A stretch of 64,000 nt of DNA from positions 7,051 through 71,050 of the forward strand of contig JAQTQC010000005.1 of the NCBI GenBank assembly GCA_028712505.1, read 5' to 3'. The notes below the pieces were generated by a model. That model was not told the origin of the DNA, ran no database searches, and saw only the letters and a program-made list of their open reading frames with translations. Below are positions 43,147-53,378 of the stretch, in pieces. Positions within the stretch are counted from its first letter, which is position 1, and every line of letters starts with the position of its first letter. This DNA comes from Candidatus Omnitrophota bacterium. Its GTDB lineage: Bacteria; Omnitrophota; Gorgyraeia; Gygaellales; Profunditerraquicolaceae. A program made the position numbers and the translations under genes.

Positions 43147-43202
43147 AATTTATTTTTTGGTTTACCAGTAACACGAAATATCTATTAATAGCACAGGGAG
43201 GA

Positions 43203-44117
43203 GTGGGAATGTCGCGTTTGATTTTGATCACAATGGTTTTATTGAGCTTTTTTAATGTTTTTTCTTATGCGCAAGATGAAGCGGCGCAGGAGGAGTGGAA
43301 TCCTGTTTCGGCAGGGACACTTACTACTTGGACAGCTCCGCTTTGCGCTAAAGGAGAGATCGTGATCCAGCCATTCTTTTTTTACAACCGGACCAGGGGC
43401 AGTTTTGATGCAGACGGTAAATATCATAGCCTAAATAAAGGGGATAGGCAGTATCAATATCAGGAACAGTTATTTATGCAATATGGTCTTACCGATAGGT
43501 TAGAGATCGATGCCCAGGCGGTTTATCAGCAGAATCGCGCCAGGGTAGATGGTAGTAGTGCCAGTAAGAGCGGTTTTGGGGACAGTTATCTATTCCTGCG
43601 TTATTGTGCTTTGGAGGAAAAAGGATGGATTCCCCATTTAGTGGGTATGTTCCAGCTTAAGATGCCTACCGGCAAATATCAACATTTAAATGCGGATAAA
43701 CTAGGAACTGATTCTATGGGTAGCGGTTCCTGGGATCCCGGGTTTGGTTTTAACCTGACCAAGAAACTTAAGCCTTTTGTATTCCATGCCGATGCTATCT
43801 TTAGTTTTCCGCAAAAGGTAATGGTTGATGGAGTAAAGACAAAATACGCCAGTTATACTAATTATGATGTGGGGGTAGAATATTTCTTGCCTAAAGGTTT
43901 TAACCTGATGCTGGAGGCGAATGGGTATGTACAGGGGGATACCTGGCAGGATGGGGAGAGGGTAGCATCAACAGACTCTAGATATCTGACTATATCTCCA
44001 GGTATCGGCTGGTCGTGTGATAAAGTGCAGTTTTTGTTGGCATATCAGAGAGTGGTGTGCGGAATCAACACAGATGCCAATGATTCTGTGGTTTTAACCG
44101 GAGTATATACTTTTTAA
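43203..44117 (+). CDS. outer-membrane beta-barrel protein (signal peptide; alternating amphipathic strands; C-terminal Phe)
   Basis: MGMSRLILITMVLLSFFNVFSYAQD leader. Ends ...VLTGVYTF, typical of an OMP C-terminal signature. Confidence 0.5.
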   Translation: MGMSRLILITMVLLSFFNVFSYAQDEAAQEEWNPVSAGTLTTWTAPLCAKGEIVIQPFFFYNRTRGSFDADGKYHSLNKGDRQYQYQEQLFMQYGLTDRLEIDAQAVYQQNRARVDGSSASKSGFGDSYLFLRYCALEEKGWIPHLVGMFQLKMPTGKYQHLNADKLGTDSMGSGSWDPGFGFNLTKKLKPFVFHADAIFSFPQKVMVDGVKTKYASYTNYDVGVEYFLPKGFNLMLEANGYVQGDTWQDGERVASTDSRYLTISPGIGWSCDKVQFLLAYQRVVCGINTDANDSVVLTGVYTF

Positions 44118-44127
44118 GGAGGGACAA

Positions 44128-44811
44128 ATGCATATCCCAGACGGGTATCTTGGACCGGGAACTTGTGGGTTGTTTTATTTAATCATGCTCCCGATATGGA
44201 CAGCTGCTTCGCGGATTGTCAGAAAAACTCTTAATGCCAGACAAGTCCCATTGTTGGCTATCGGTGCGGCATTCAGTTTTGTGATTATGATGTTTAATGT
44301 GCCGATACCCGGGGGCACTACCGGCCATGCTGTGGGCGGGGTGCTTGTGGCGATTCTTCTCGGACCATGGGCTGCATGTATTGCTATTACAGTAGCGCTG
44401 GTTATCCAGGCCTTGTTATTCGGAGATGGCGGCATAACTGCTATAGGCGCAAACTGTTTTAACATGGCGGTTGTTCTTCCTTTTTCCGGATATTATATCT
44501 ATAAGGCGATCAGCCGTAGTTCTCCTATAAATTCAAAGAGGAGGGTTATTGCCGCAGGTATTGCCGGTTATATAGCGCTTAATATTGCCGCAGTTATTAC
44601 CGGTTTTATGTTTGGTGTCCAACCTTTATTGTATAAGACTGCAAGCGGGGTGTCGCTCTATTGCCCTTATGGTTTAAATGTTGCTTTACCTGTGATGTTA
44701 GGAGAACATCTTTTGGTTTTTGGGTGGGTAGAAGCGATTGTAACTGCTCTGGTCGTAAGATATCTGCAAAGCCACTCTCCGGAGCTTTTGGTGGAAGGGG
44801 GGAAATCCTGA
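44128..44811 (+). CDS. cbiM: ECF-type Ni/Co transporter substrate-capture subunit CbiM/NikM
   Basis: Canonical N-terminus MHIPDGYL, about 7 TM helices. Confidence 0.8.
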   Translation: MHIPDGYLGPGTCGLFYLIMLPIWTAASRIVRKTLNARQVPLLAIGAAFSFVIMMFNVPIPGGTTGHAVGGVLVAILLGPWAACIAITVALVIQALLFGDGGITAIGANCFNMAVVLPFSGYYIYKAISRSSPINSKRRVIAAGIAGYIALNIAAVITGFMFGVQPLLYKTASGVSLYCPYGLNVALPVMLGEHLLVFGWVEAIVTALVVRYLQSHSPELLVEGGKS

Positions 44812-45140
44812 TGAAGATTATTTCCAAATTTTGGATTTTTATCTGTGGATTAATCGTTTTGTCTCCTTTAGGTCTTTTACTGCCCGATCATTTTAAGGCC
44901 GGTTCTGCCTGGGGTGAGTGGGGGCTGGATGAGATGGAACAACTGGTTGGGTATATCCCGCGAGGTCTGGAAAAGCTCTCGAACCTTTGGAGTGCGCCAT
45001 TTCCCGACTATGCCTTTAAAGGTTGGGAGGATAAGGGGTTATTTTTCTTGAGTTCTGCTTATATCATATCAGCGATATTGGGAGTGCTGGTTATTGTCTT
45101 GGTTGTTATGGGTATCGGGAAGTTTATTGCAAATAAGTAA
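44811..45140 (+). CDS. CbiN/NikL-like small membrane subunit (PDGLE-type; two TM helices)
   Basis: MKIISKFWIFICGLIVLSPLGLLLPDHF ... C-terminal TM. Start overlaps the cbiM stop (TGATG). Confidence 0.55.
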   Translation: MKIISKFWIFICGLIVLSPLGLLLPDHFKAGSAWGEWGLDEMEQLVGYIPRGLEKLSNLWSAPFPDYAFKGWEDKGLFFLSSAYIISAILGVLVIVLVVMGIGKFIANK

Positions 45141-45148
45141 AATATGTT

Positions 45149-46018
45149 ATGAATTTTCGTGAGAAATTGCAGGCCGGTGCGTTTACTGTAACCGCCGAGA
45201 TCGGGCCGCCTAAAGGGATAGAGACCAGCCGTATCCTGGAGGAAGCAGAGCTTATCCGCGGAAGAATCGATGCAATTAGCGTAACGGACTTGCAAAGTTC
45301 CGTGATGCGGCTGGGGGCATTAGCCGTCTGCATTTTGCTTAAACAAAATCATTTCGAATTGATTTATCAAATCACCTGCAGGGACAGGAATCGCCTTGCT
45401 TTGCAATCAGATCTACTTTCTGCTGCTGTGTTTAATATCGAGAATATCCTTATCTTGACCGGTGATCATCCGATGTTAGGCGACCATCCTGAGGCAAAAC
45501 CTGTCTTCGACTTGGATTCCGTACATTTATTGAGGGTCGCTGGAGATTTGCAAAAAGGCAAGGATATGAAAGGTAACCGGTTGGCCGGTGAAGCTCCTTA
45601 TTTCTACCCGGGAGCTGTTGTTAATCCTGGTGCCGAACCAATAGAGCCGGAAATTATCAAAATGGAGAAGAAGATTGCTGCTGGAGCGAAATTCTTTATA
45701 ACCCAGGCTGTTTATGATATTAAAGTTCTCGAAAAGTTCCTTCAGAGGACGAGGTATCTTAAGATTCCGATAATCGCCGGGATTATTATGCTTAAATCCA
45801 GCGTTATGGCTTATCATTTAAAAGCGAAGATTCCCGGTGTTTTTGTTCCTGATTCCCTGGTCCGGGAGATGGAAAATACCAAGGATAGATATAAACAATC
45901 CATTGAAATTACCGGTCGTTTAATTCGGCAATTCAGGCGGGTATGCCACGGTGTCCATATCATGCCTATTGGTTGGAACAGATTTTTGCCGCAAGTCTTG
46001 GAAGAGGGAGGATTATGA
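45149..46018 (+). CDS. metF: methylenetetrahydrofolate reductase-like (MetF family)
   Basis: FTVTAEIGPPKG, ITCRDRNR, LTGDHPMLGDHP motifs. Confidence 0.6.
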   Translation: MNFREKLQAGAFTVTAEIGPPKGIETSRILEEAELIRGRIDAISVTDLQSSVMRLGALAVCILLKQNHFELIYQITCRDRNRLALQSDLLSAAVFNIENILILTGDHPMLGDHPEAKPVFDLDSVHLLRVAGDLQKGKDMKGNRLAGEAPYFYPGAVVNPGAEPIEPEIIKMEKKIAAGAKFFITQAVYDIKVLEKFLQRTRYLKIPIIAGIIMLKSSVMAYHLKAKIPGVFVPDSLVREMENTKDRYKQSIEITGRLIRQFRRVCHGVHIMPIGWNRFLPQVLEEGGL

Positions 46019-46983
46019 TTGTTCTAACTGGCGGGGCGGGTTTTATCGGTAGTTGTTTTCTTGCCAAGCTTAACAGCAAGGGCATAGACGATATTATTAT
46101 TGTAGACAGTCATCTTAATAGTAAAGGAAAATGGCGCAACCTTCTGGGTAAGCGTTTCACTGATTATATCCCAAAAGAAAAATTCCTAAACTTGTTGGAG
46201 AATAACCGTCTTTCTAAGCTGAAGCATATTATCCATCTGGGTGCCTGTAGTTCTACCTTGGTTATTGATCGCGATTACCTGATGAACAATAATTATGAGT
46301 ATTCCAGGAGGGTTTGTTCCTGGGCGTTTAAGCATCATGTTGCCTTTATCTACGCCTCGAGTGCCGCGACATACGGTGACGGTTCTTTCGGTTATGATGA
46401 CAGCGATAAAAATACCTTGCGTTTAAAACCACTTAACCTTTATGGTTTGTCAAAACAGCTTTTTGACCTTTGGCTGCTTAAGAACACTAATGAAAAGACT
46501 CCGGCAGTAGGCTTGAAGTTTTTTAATGTTTTTGGTCCTAATGAATACCATAAAGAAGAGATGATGAGCGTAATTTGTAAGCAGTTCAATGATATCAAAG
46601 AAGGCAGGCCGATGCTCCTTTTTAAATCATATCGGGATGATTATGTGGATGGCGGGCAGAAAAGAGATTTCATTTACGTCAAAGACGCAGTCGAGGTGAT
46701 CTGCTATTTTTATGATAATCCCCGGAAAGCAGGTATTTATAATTTAGGTACGGGCCTGGCGCGCAGTTGGAATGAACTGGCATCGGCAATGTTTTCTGCG
46801 ATGGGGATAGAGCCGAAAATAGAATATATTGAGATGCCTGAGCAGATAAAATCGAAATATCAATACTTTACAGAAGCGAAAATGGATAAATTGAGGGCTG
46901 CTGGATGCCAGCATCAATTCCTGCCTCTTGAAGAGGCTGTGAAGGATTATGCGGCATACCTGTGCAGCAGAGAGTATCTATAA
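46015..46983 (+). CDS. hldD: ADP-L-glycero-D-manno-heptose-6-epimerase
   Basis: MIVLTGGAGFIGS ... DSHLNSKGKW, YxxxK SDR core. ATGA overlap with metF. Confidence 0.75.
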   Translation: MIVLTGGAGFIGSCFLAKLNSKGIDDIIIVDSHLNSKGKWRNLLGKRFTDYIPKEKFLNLLENNRLSKLKHIIHLGACSSTLVIDRDYLMNNNYEYSRRVCSWAFKHHVAFIYASSAATYGDGSFGYDDSDKNTLRLKPLNLYGLSKQLFDLWLLKNTNEKTPAVGLKFFNVFGPNEYHKEEMMSVICKQFNDIKEGRPMLLFKSYRDDYVDGGQKRDFIYVKDAVEVICYFYDNPRKAGIYNLGTGLARSWNELASAMFSAMGIEPKIEYIEMPEQIKSKYQYFTEAKMDKLRAAGCQHQFLPLEEAVKDYAAYLCSREYL

Positions 46984-46995
46984 CAGGGGGATCCA

Positions 46996-47337
46996 ATGCA
47001 TGATTTATGGTTTGCCGGTAAAATAGCCGTATTGCTGAAAGAAAAAATAGATGAAGGCGCTGGATTAAAGCAGATAACCGTCAATATTACCCTGGGTCCT
47101 TTTACCCATGTTACCGAGAAGAGCCTGCTTGCTGCTTTTAATATGCTTGCGGAGAAAGAGGGTTTTAAAAACGTTTCCCTTAATGTAAGAAAGAATAAGG
47201 CTGTTATTAGATGTAATAAATGCATGACATCTACTGAAGTCGTAAAACCGGTTGCAAAATGTCCGAAATGCGGCTGTAGCGATTTTGAAATAGGCAATAC
47301 CGAAGAATTTGTGATTGACTCGATCGAGATGATTTGA
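46996..47337 (+). CDS. hypA: hydrogenase/urease nickel-incorporation metallochaperone HypA
   Basis: MHD N-terminal Ni site. Zinc finger CNKC ... CPKCGC. 113 aa. Confidence 0.75.
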   Translation: MHDLWFAGKIAVLLKEKIDEGAGLKQITVNITLGPFTHVTEKSLLAAFNMLAEKEGFKNVSLNVRKNKAVIRCNKCMTSTEVVKPVAKCPKCGCSDFEIGNTEEFVIDSIEMI

Positions 47338-47422
47338 TTTTTTTTGTTTTCAAAAAGCCCAATTTGAGGTATTATATAAGTCAATATAATACTTATTAAT
47401 CCCGCAAGGAACACAATACTAA

Positions 47423-48532
47423 ATGATAGATTCTCAGGGACTCAAAGATACACCTCTTTTGGCTAGCCATAAAGAGCTTGGTGCTAAACTTGCCCCTTTT
47501 GGCGGATGGCTTATGCCTATTCAATACAGCGGCATTGTAGAAGAGCACAATTGGGTACGTAAAAGCGCCGGGTTATTCGATATCTGCCATATGGGAGAGT
47601 TCATGATCCAGGCGGAGCCCTCCAGGGGTAATCTTGGTAATTTATTGACGATCAACCTTGAGAAGATGCCGGAAGGCGCCTGCCGCTATGGGTTTATGCT
47701 TGATGAACAGGGTGGGATTATTGATGACCTGCTTGTTTATAGGATTGATAACTCTGGGTGGATGATTGTAGTAAATGCCGCTACTTCCGAAGGAGATTTT
47801 GAACATTTTGAAAAACACTTAACCGGCGCAACAACCCTTGAAAATGTTTCGCAGTCGTTGGGTAAACTTGATCTGCAAGGTCCGCTTTCAACAGATGTGT
47901 TGGAGAACCTGCTTGGTCCGGGTATCAGGGGATTACGGTATTATACTTTCAGTTATTTTAATCTTTTAGGCGAAAGAATTATTATCAGCCGTACGGGTTA
48001 CACCGGAGAGCTAGGGTATGAATTGTATATGCCGAATGATAAGATCCCGCAGTTATGGGGAAAGTTGCTTAATGATCAGCGGGTCAAACCGATAGGCCTT
48101 GGTGCGCGTGATACTTTGCGTCTGGAGATGAGTTATAGCCTTTATGGCCAGGATATAGATAAGGATACTACGCCGCTTGAGGCGGGTTTAGGTAATTTTA
48201 TAGATTGGAATAAAGAGTTTATCGGAAAGAACAGTCTTTTGAAACAAAAGCAGAGCGGAGTTTTTCGTAGAATGACCTGTTTTCTAGCGGATTCCCGGCG
48301 TTCGCCCCGACATAATTACCGCATAATCTATAAAGGACAGGATGTCGGAGCAGTAACCAGTGGCTCGTTTTCCCCCAGCCTGGGGATAGGTATTGGTATG
48401 GGCTATGTTAAAGATCAGATTGCTTTAGGCGAGCAAGTTGTTCTTAGCGGGGGCTCAATTTCTATAAATGCGAAAGTTACGAGTAAGCCTTTCTATAAAA
48501 ACGGCAGCGCAAAATCAGGAGAAATAAAATGA
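47423..48532 (+). CDS. gcvT: glycine cleavage system T protein (aminomethyltransferase)
   Basis: GcvT family motifs (TPL...HKELGAKL, MPIQY, GYTGELGYE). Confidence 0.85.
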   Translation: MIDSQGLKDTPLLASHKELGAKLAPFGGWLMPIQYSGIVEEHNWVRKSAGLFDICHMGEFMIQAEPSRGNLGNLLTINLEKMPEGACRYGFMLDEQGGIIDDLLVYRIDNSGWMIVVNAATSEGDFEHFEKHLTGATTLENVSQSLGKLDLQGPLSTDVLENLLGPGIRGLRYYTFSYFNLLGERIIISRTGYTGELGYELYMPNDKIPQLWGKLLNDQRVKPIGLGARDTLRLEMSYSLYGQDIDKDTTPLEAGLGNFIDWNKEFIGKNSLLKQKQSGVFRRMTCFLADSRRSPRHNYRIIYKGQDVGAVTSGSFSPSLGIGIGMGYVKDQIALGEQVVLSGGSISINAKVTSKPFYKNGSAKSGEIK

Positions 48533-48918
48533 ACATACCGGAAAACCTTCTTTATACTAAGGACCATGAGTGGGTGAAAATTGAAGGGGATAGGGCAACT
48601 ATCGGAATCACCGATTTCGCTCAGCATTCCTTAGGGGATATTACTTTTATAGACCTGCCGAAACCAGGGGCGAAGGTGGAGCAATCTAAATGGTGCGCGA
48701 CAGTCGAATCAGTAAAGGCTGCTTCAGATGTTTACGCCCCGCTCTCAGGTGAGGTGCTTGAGGCGAATACGGAATTAACCGATCATCCGGAGCTTATAAA
48801 CAAATCTGCTTATGATACAGGGTGGTTTGCGCTGATTAAAATCGCCGATTTAGGAGAAAAGAGCAGGCTTATGAATTCTGTCCAATATAAAGAATACGTA
48901 CAGGGTCTGTCTAAATGA
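48529..48918 (+). CDS. gcvH: glycine cleavage system H protein
   Basis: YTKDHEWV, lipoyl-Lys context ESVKAASD. Confidence 0.85.
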   Translation: MNIPENLLYTKDHEWVKIEGDRATIGITDFAQHSLGDITFIDLPKPGAKVEQSKWCATVESVKAASDVYAPLSGEVLEANTELTDHPELINKSAYDTGWFALIKIADLGEKSRLMNSVQYKEYVQGLSK

Positions 48919-50252
48919 ATTATATACCGCACACAGAATTAGAGAAAAAAGAGATGCTTAAAAGCATCGGAGTATCAGGAGTCGATGAACTTTTTAAGCA
49001 TATCCCCAAAGAACTGCGGCCAAGGTCATTTAACATTCCCGAAGGCAAGTCTGAATTTGAGGTGATCGAGTATTTAAAACTGCTTAGCCGTAAGAATGCT
49101 ACTAATCTTACAAATTTTGTGGGCGGAGGTTTTTACGATCATTATATCCCGGCAGCGGTTGATGCTTTAGCAGGCCGCTCGGAATTTTATACTGCATATA
49201 CGCCTTATCAACCTGAGTGTTCGCAAGGCTGGTTGCAGGCGATTTACGAATACCAAACAGTAATCTGTGAATTAACCGGATTAGATGTCTCCAATGCCTC
49301 TCTTTATGACGGCGGTACCGCGCTTTATGAGGCGGCGATGATGGCAGTAAGGCTTACCGGAAGAAAGAAGATAATTGTAGATAGCGGGGTAAATTTGATT
49401 TACCGCACTATGCTTTATGCTTATACTTCCAATCTTTCTATCGAATTTATAGAGACTCCGGTAGTGCATGGCCAGGCTTGCCGGGAGGATATCTATAAAC
49501 ACTTGGATGATCAGACTGCGGCGGTGATTGTGCAAAACCCTAATTTCTTCGGAGCGGTGGATGATTTTTCCGATATTGTCCAGCAGGTGCATAAATACGG
49601 GGCGCTGGCAATTGCTTCGGTATATCCGGTTTCTTTAGGGATGTTGAAACCTCCGGCAGAGATGGGCATGGATATTGCAACTGGAGAAGGTCAAAGTTTA
49701 GGCATACCTCTATCTTTTGGCGGACCATATCTGGGTTTTATCGCGGTAAAAAAAGAGCATATGCGTCAGTTGCCTGGCAGGATTGTGGGCGCAACAGTGG
49801 ATAAGGATGATAAAAGAGGTTTTGTTTTGACTCTTCAGGCACGTGAACAGCATATCCGCAGAGAGCGGGCGACTTCTAATATTTGTTCTAATGAGGCGCT
49901 TTGTGCTTTGCGGGCTTTGATCTATACTTCACTTTTAGGTAAAGCGGGTTTTCAGAAATTAGCCAAATTGAATTACCAGAAAGCAGAATTTGCCAAGTCG
50001 GCATTAGATAAGGTGAGTGGGGTAAAAGTCAAGCGTAGTGCGCCGACATTCAATGAATTTACTGTTTGCCTGCCTAAGAATGCCGATGAAGTAGTCTGCC
50101 GGATGATCAATAAAGGGTTTGCCTGCGGTTTCCCGTTGGGTAGATTTTATAAAGGATTAGATAACTATCTTTTGGTTACGGTTACGGAAAAACGCACTAA
50201 AGAAGAAATCCTGCAATTTGCTAACAGCCTGGAGGCAGCACTATGCAGTTAA
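48915..50252 (+). CDS. gcvPA: glycine dehydrogenase (decarboxylating) subunit 1
   Basis: GcvPA family; follows gcvH with a 4-nt overlap. Confidence 0.8.
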   Translation: MNYIPHTELEKKEMLKSIGVSGVDELFKHIPKELRPRSFNIPEGKSEFEVIEYLKLLSRKNATNLTNFVGGGFYDHYIPAAVDALAGRSEFYTAYTPYQPECSQGWLQAIYEYQTVICELTGLDVSNASLYDGGTALYEAAMMAVRLTGRKKIIVDSGVNLIYRTMLYAYTSNLSIEFIETPVVHGQACREDIYKHLDDQTAAVIVQNPNFFGAVDDFSDIVQQVHKYGALAIASVYPVSLGMLKPPAEMGMDIATGEGQSLGIPLSFGGPYLGFIAVKKEHMRQLPGRIVGATVDKDDKRGFVLTLQAREQHIRRERATSNICSNEALCALRALIYTSLLGKAGFQKLAKLNYQKAEFAKSALDKVSGVKVKRSAPTFNEFTVCLPKNADEVVCRMINKGFACGFPLGRFYKGLDNYLLVTVTEKRTKEEILQFANSLEAALCS

Positions 50253-51694
50253 TCTTTGAGAAAAGCCGTCCCGGAAGAGAAGGTTTTAAATTACCTGAGA
50301 TAGATATTCCGATTGCTTCAGATATGCCTGCCAAATATTGTCGCGAGCAACCAGCTTCTCTGCCGGAAGTATCTGAATTAGATGTGGTGCGCCATTTCTC
50401 CAATTTAAGCCGCCTGAACTTTTCAGTGGATACGAATTTTTATCCCCTTGGTTCATGTACCATGAAATATAATCCTAAATTTACGGAAAAGGTTGCTTCT
50501 CTTGAAGGTTTTAGCGATCTACATCCTTTATTGCCTCAGTTGCTGGGAGGCGGGATGCTTGCTCAGGGTTCTTTGGAAGTATTGTATAATATCGAGAAAT
50601 TACTCAGTGAGATTACCGGAATGTCCGCTTTTACTACTCAGCCGCTTGCCGGAGCCCACGGTGAATTAACCGGGGTGATGCTGATTGCTGCATACCACAA
50701 GCATAACGGAGAGCAAAGAAAACATGTAATTATTCCGGATTCCGCGCATGGGACTAATCCGGCTAGTGCCGCGATTGCCGGATATAAAGTGGTAGTTATT
50801 CCTACGGATAAAGATGGTTTTCTGGATCTGCAGGCATACAAAAAGGCCTTAAACCAGGAAACTGCCGCGGTGATGCTTACTTGTCCGGATACGCTTGGGC
50901 TTTTTAATCCCAAAATAAAAGAGATTGCGGATTTAGCGCATGGAGTAGGGGCGCTGATGTATTATGACGGAGCCAATCTTAACGCGATATTAGGAAAATG
51001 CCGGCCGGGGGATATTGGTTTTGATGTCATGCATATTAACCTGCATAAAACTTTTGCTACTCCGCACGGTGGAGGCGGACCGGGAGCAGGGCCGGTGGGA
51101 GTATGCGAGAAACTGGTGGATTTTCTTCCCATATCCCGAGTTATCCGCCGGGCCGATGGGACATTCGCCTTAGATTATCGTAAGCATAAATCTATCGGTT
51201 ATATCGCCCCTTTTTATGGTAATTTTGGAGTAATCTTAAAGGCTTACGCGTATATATTGAGCTTGGGAAAAAGTGGTCTTGTTGAAGCCAGCGAAAACGC
51301 GGTATTAAGCGCAAATTATTGCCTGGAGCGTTTAAAAAATTATTATGCCCCTGCTTACGGCAAGAGCTGTATGCATGAATGTGTGTTATCGGCGGAAAAA
51401 CAGTTGGAGCAGGGAGTGCACGCTTTAGACATCGCCAAATACTTGATTGATAGGGGATTTCACCCGCCGACAATTTATTTCCCGATGATTGTAAAAGAAG
51501 CGATGATGGTTGAGCCGACAGAGACTGAGAGCAAGGAAACACTGGATGCCTTTATTGAGGCGATGATTGAGGCGGCTGTGCTTGCTCAGACTAACCCTGA
51601 GGTTTTACATCAGGCTCCGCTTTCTATGCCGATTAAACGGCTTGATGAAACAAAAGCCGCCCGAGAACCGAATCTGCGTTGGCAGTCAAAGTAA
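50243..51694 (+). CDS. gcvPB: glycine dehydrogenase (decarboxylating) subunit 2
   Basis: PLP-dependent fold, HINLHKTF region. Confidence 0.8.
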   Translation: MQLIFEKSRPGREGFKLPEIDIPIASDMPAKYCREQPASLPEVSELDVVRHFSNLSRLNFSVDTNFYPLGSCTMKYNPKFTEKVASLEGFSDLHPLLPQLLGGGMLAQGSLEVLYNIEKLLSEITGMSAFTTQPLAGAHGELTGVMLIAAYHKHNGEQRKHVIIPDSAHGTNPASAAIAGYKVVVIPTDKDGFLDLQAYKKALNQETAAVMLTCPDTLGLFNPKIKEIADLAHGVGALMYYDGANLNAILGKCRPGDIGFDVMHINLHKTFATPHGGGGPGAGPVGVCEKLVDFLPISRVIRRADGTFALDYRKHKSIGYIAPFYGNFGVILKAYAYILSLGKSGLVEASENAVLSANYCLERLKNYYAPAYGKSCMHECVLSAEKQLEQGVHALDIAKYLIDRGFHPPTIYFPMIVKEAMMVEPTETESKETLDAFIEAMIEAAVLAQTNPEVLHQAPLSMPIKRLDETKAAREPNLRWQSK

Positions 51695-51700
51695 GAAATC

Positions 51701-52417
51701 ATGAAGACATTCAGGCTTATCCGTTCCCAAGCGTCTGACGCCGAATACAATATGGCGTTAGATAAAAGGATATTCTGCCGTTATCTTGAAGAAGGTGTTC
51801 CTGTCTTACGGATATACGGCTGGCAGTTTCCTTCTATGACTTATGGTATTTCGCAAAAGCCCGAAGAACATATTGATTTAAATAAATGCCAGCGCGACGG
51901 AGTCCAGGTCTCCCAGAGGATTACCGGCGGCGGGGTGCTTTTTCATAATCATGAGATTACCTATAGCCTGGTTTGTGCAAAAGAGGATATCGGAGAAGAA
52001 AGAAAAGTTTTTGTTTCCTATCGTAATATCTGCAGTTTTTTGATGCATTTTTATGAATCGCTGGGGTTAAATGTGTCTTTTGCGCTTGAGGCGGTTGGTT
52101 TTAAGAATAGAAGCCAGCCGCATGAATTATGCAGTGCTTCTCATGAGAAATATGATATTGTTATCGGCTCAAGAAAAATCGGCGGGAATGCCCAGAAACG
52201 TGTTCGTCAGGCGATATTTCAGCATGGCTCTATTCCTTTGAGTATTGATTGGGATTTTTTGCGCCGTTATGTTTACTCTTTACCGGATAACATCTCTTTG
52301 TTAGCTACGGCATTAGGCGAGGAATTGGCAGTGCTTCCGGAAAAACAAATTCTTGAGCAGAAGCTTATCGATGCTTTTGCATATACGTACGGAGTAGGTT
52401 TTATAGAGGAAAAATAA
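51701..52417 (+). CDS. lipoate-protein ligase / octanoyltransferase family (BPL_LplA_LipB domain)
   Basis: SRKIGGNAQKR motif. Lies between gcvP and lipA. Confidence 0.6.
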   Translation: MKTFRLIRSQASDAEYNMALDKRIFCRYLEEGVPVLRIYGWQFPSMTYGISQKPEEHIDLNKCQRDGVQVSQRITGGGVLFHNHEITYSLVCAKEDIGEERKVFVSYRNICSFLMHFYESLGLNVSFALEAVGFKNRSQPHELCSASHEKYDIVIGSRKIGGNAQKRVRQAIFQHGSIPLSIDWDFLRRYVYSLPDNISLLATALGEELAVLPEKQILEQKLIDAFAYTYGVGFIEEK

Positions 52418-52509
52418 TTGTTATCCTGGTTCCTCGAAGAAAGTTTCGAGGTTCGGGATTTTGCTGGATTAAATGATTTTTAGATATCAGTTTAGGCGGG
52501 TGCTCAAAT

Positions 52510-53355
52510 ATGATCAAGCCGGCGTGGCTTAATAAAAAGATTTCACTCAGGGATTGCAGCCAGGTCAAGGGTATGCTTAAGGATTTGCAGCTGCATACTG
52601 TTTGTGAAGAAGCGCTTTGCCCGAATATGGGCGAATGTTTTAACCAGCGCCAGGCGACATTTATTATCCTTGGGGATATTTGTACTCGCGGTTGTCGTTT
52701 TTGCGGAGTAACCAAAGGAAAGCCGTCTGCCCTCGATACTGATGAGCCAAGGCGTATTGCCGAGGCTGTGAAAAAGTTAGGATTGATGCATGTGGTGATT
52801 ACCAGCGTTACCCGGGATGATCTGCCTGATGGAGGTGCTTTGACATTTGCGGAAACAATTTCTTCTTTGCGTGCCATAGGCAACAAGATCTCAATTGAAA
52901 CACTGATTCCGGATTTTAACGCTAACCAAGAGTCTTTGCGGATTATTGCGGATGCGCGGCCAGATATCATCGCCCATAACATAGAAACAGTACCAAGCCT
53001 GTATAAAGAAGTAAGGCCGAGTGGGGCTTCTTACCAGCGCTCATTAGGGGTATTGCGTAGTTTAAAAGATCTTGCTCCTGAGATTGCCCTTAAATCCGGA
53101 TTAATGCTGGGATTGGGTGAGAAGAGGGATGAAGTTCTCGCGGTATTTAATGACCTTATCCAGGCAGGTTGTATGTTTTTGAGCATCGGCCAATATCTCG
53201 CGCCAAGCCTGAATCATTATCCGGTAAGAGAGTATGTAAGCCCGTTTCAATTCCTCCGCTATAAAGAAGAGGGGGAAAGGCTGGGTTTTGCCCATATTGA
53301 GAGCGGCCCGTACGTTAGAAGTTCATATAAGGCTAAGGATTATTTAACTCTATAG
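52510..53355 (+). CDS. lipA: lipoyl synthase
   Basis: CPNMGEC ... CTRGCRFCGV cysteine clusters. Confidence 0.85.
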   Translation: MIKPAWLNKKISLRDCSQVKGMLKDLQLHTVCEEALCPNMGECFNQRQATFIILGDICTRGCRFCGVTKGKPSALDTDEPRRIAEAVKKLGLMHVVITSVTRDDLPDGGALTFAETISSLRAIGNKISIETLIPDFNANQESLRIIADARPDIIAHNIETVPSLYKEVRPSGASYQRSLGVLRSLKDLAPEIALKSGLMLGLGEKRDEVLAVFNDLIQAGCMFLSIGQYLAPSLNHYPVREYVSPFQFLRYKEEGERLGFAHIESGPYVRSSYKAKDYLTL

Positions 53356-53378
53356 ATAAAACATAGACGGATACATCG

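Noticed and set aside
43149-43173. Second full NikR-type palindrome upstream of the OMP gene
   Set aside because: Only the right half-site AGTAACA is present. The left half does not match, so it is recorded as a half-site inside the operator finding rather than as a separate operator.
45943-46017. Upstream extension of the hldD ORF (start 45943) overlapping metF. Similar 5' extensions at 44661 (cbiN-like), 39376 (RR) and 55844 (cbiO)
   Set aside because: Internal ATGs with proper context (ATGA or TGATG overlap, or a GGAGG RBS) give proteins starting at conserved N-termini such as MIVLTGGAGFIG and MAKKILLVDDEP. The extensions are out-of-context read-through of the six-frame track.
47338-47422. 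Glycine riboswitch expected upstream of gcvT
   Set aside because: The intergenic region is only 85 nt and lacks the conserved glycine-aptamer cores. It contains only a promoter-like TATAAT and a T-run after hypA.
52401-52982. 193-aa - strand ORF overlapping the lipA start. Similar antisense ORFs overlap cbiQ (54995-55576), gcvP (50638-50913, 51192-51542) and others
   Set aside because: Antisense to strongly supported enzymes, with no independent coding signal.
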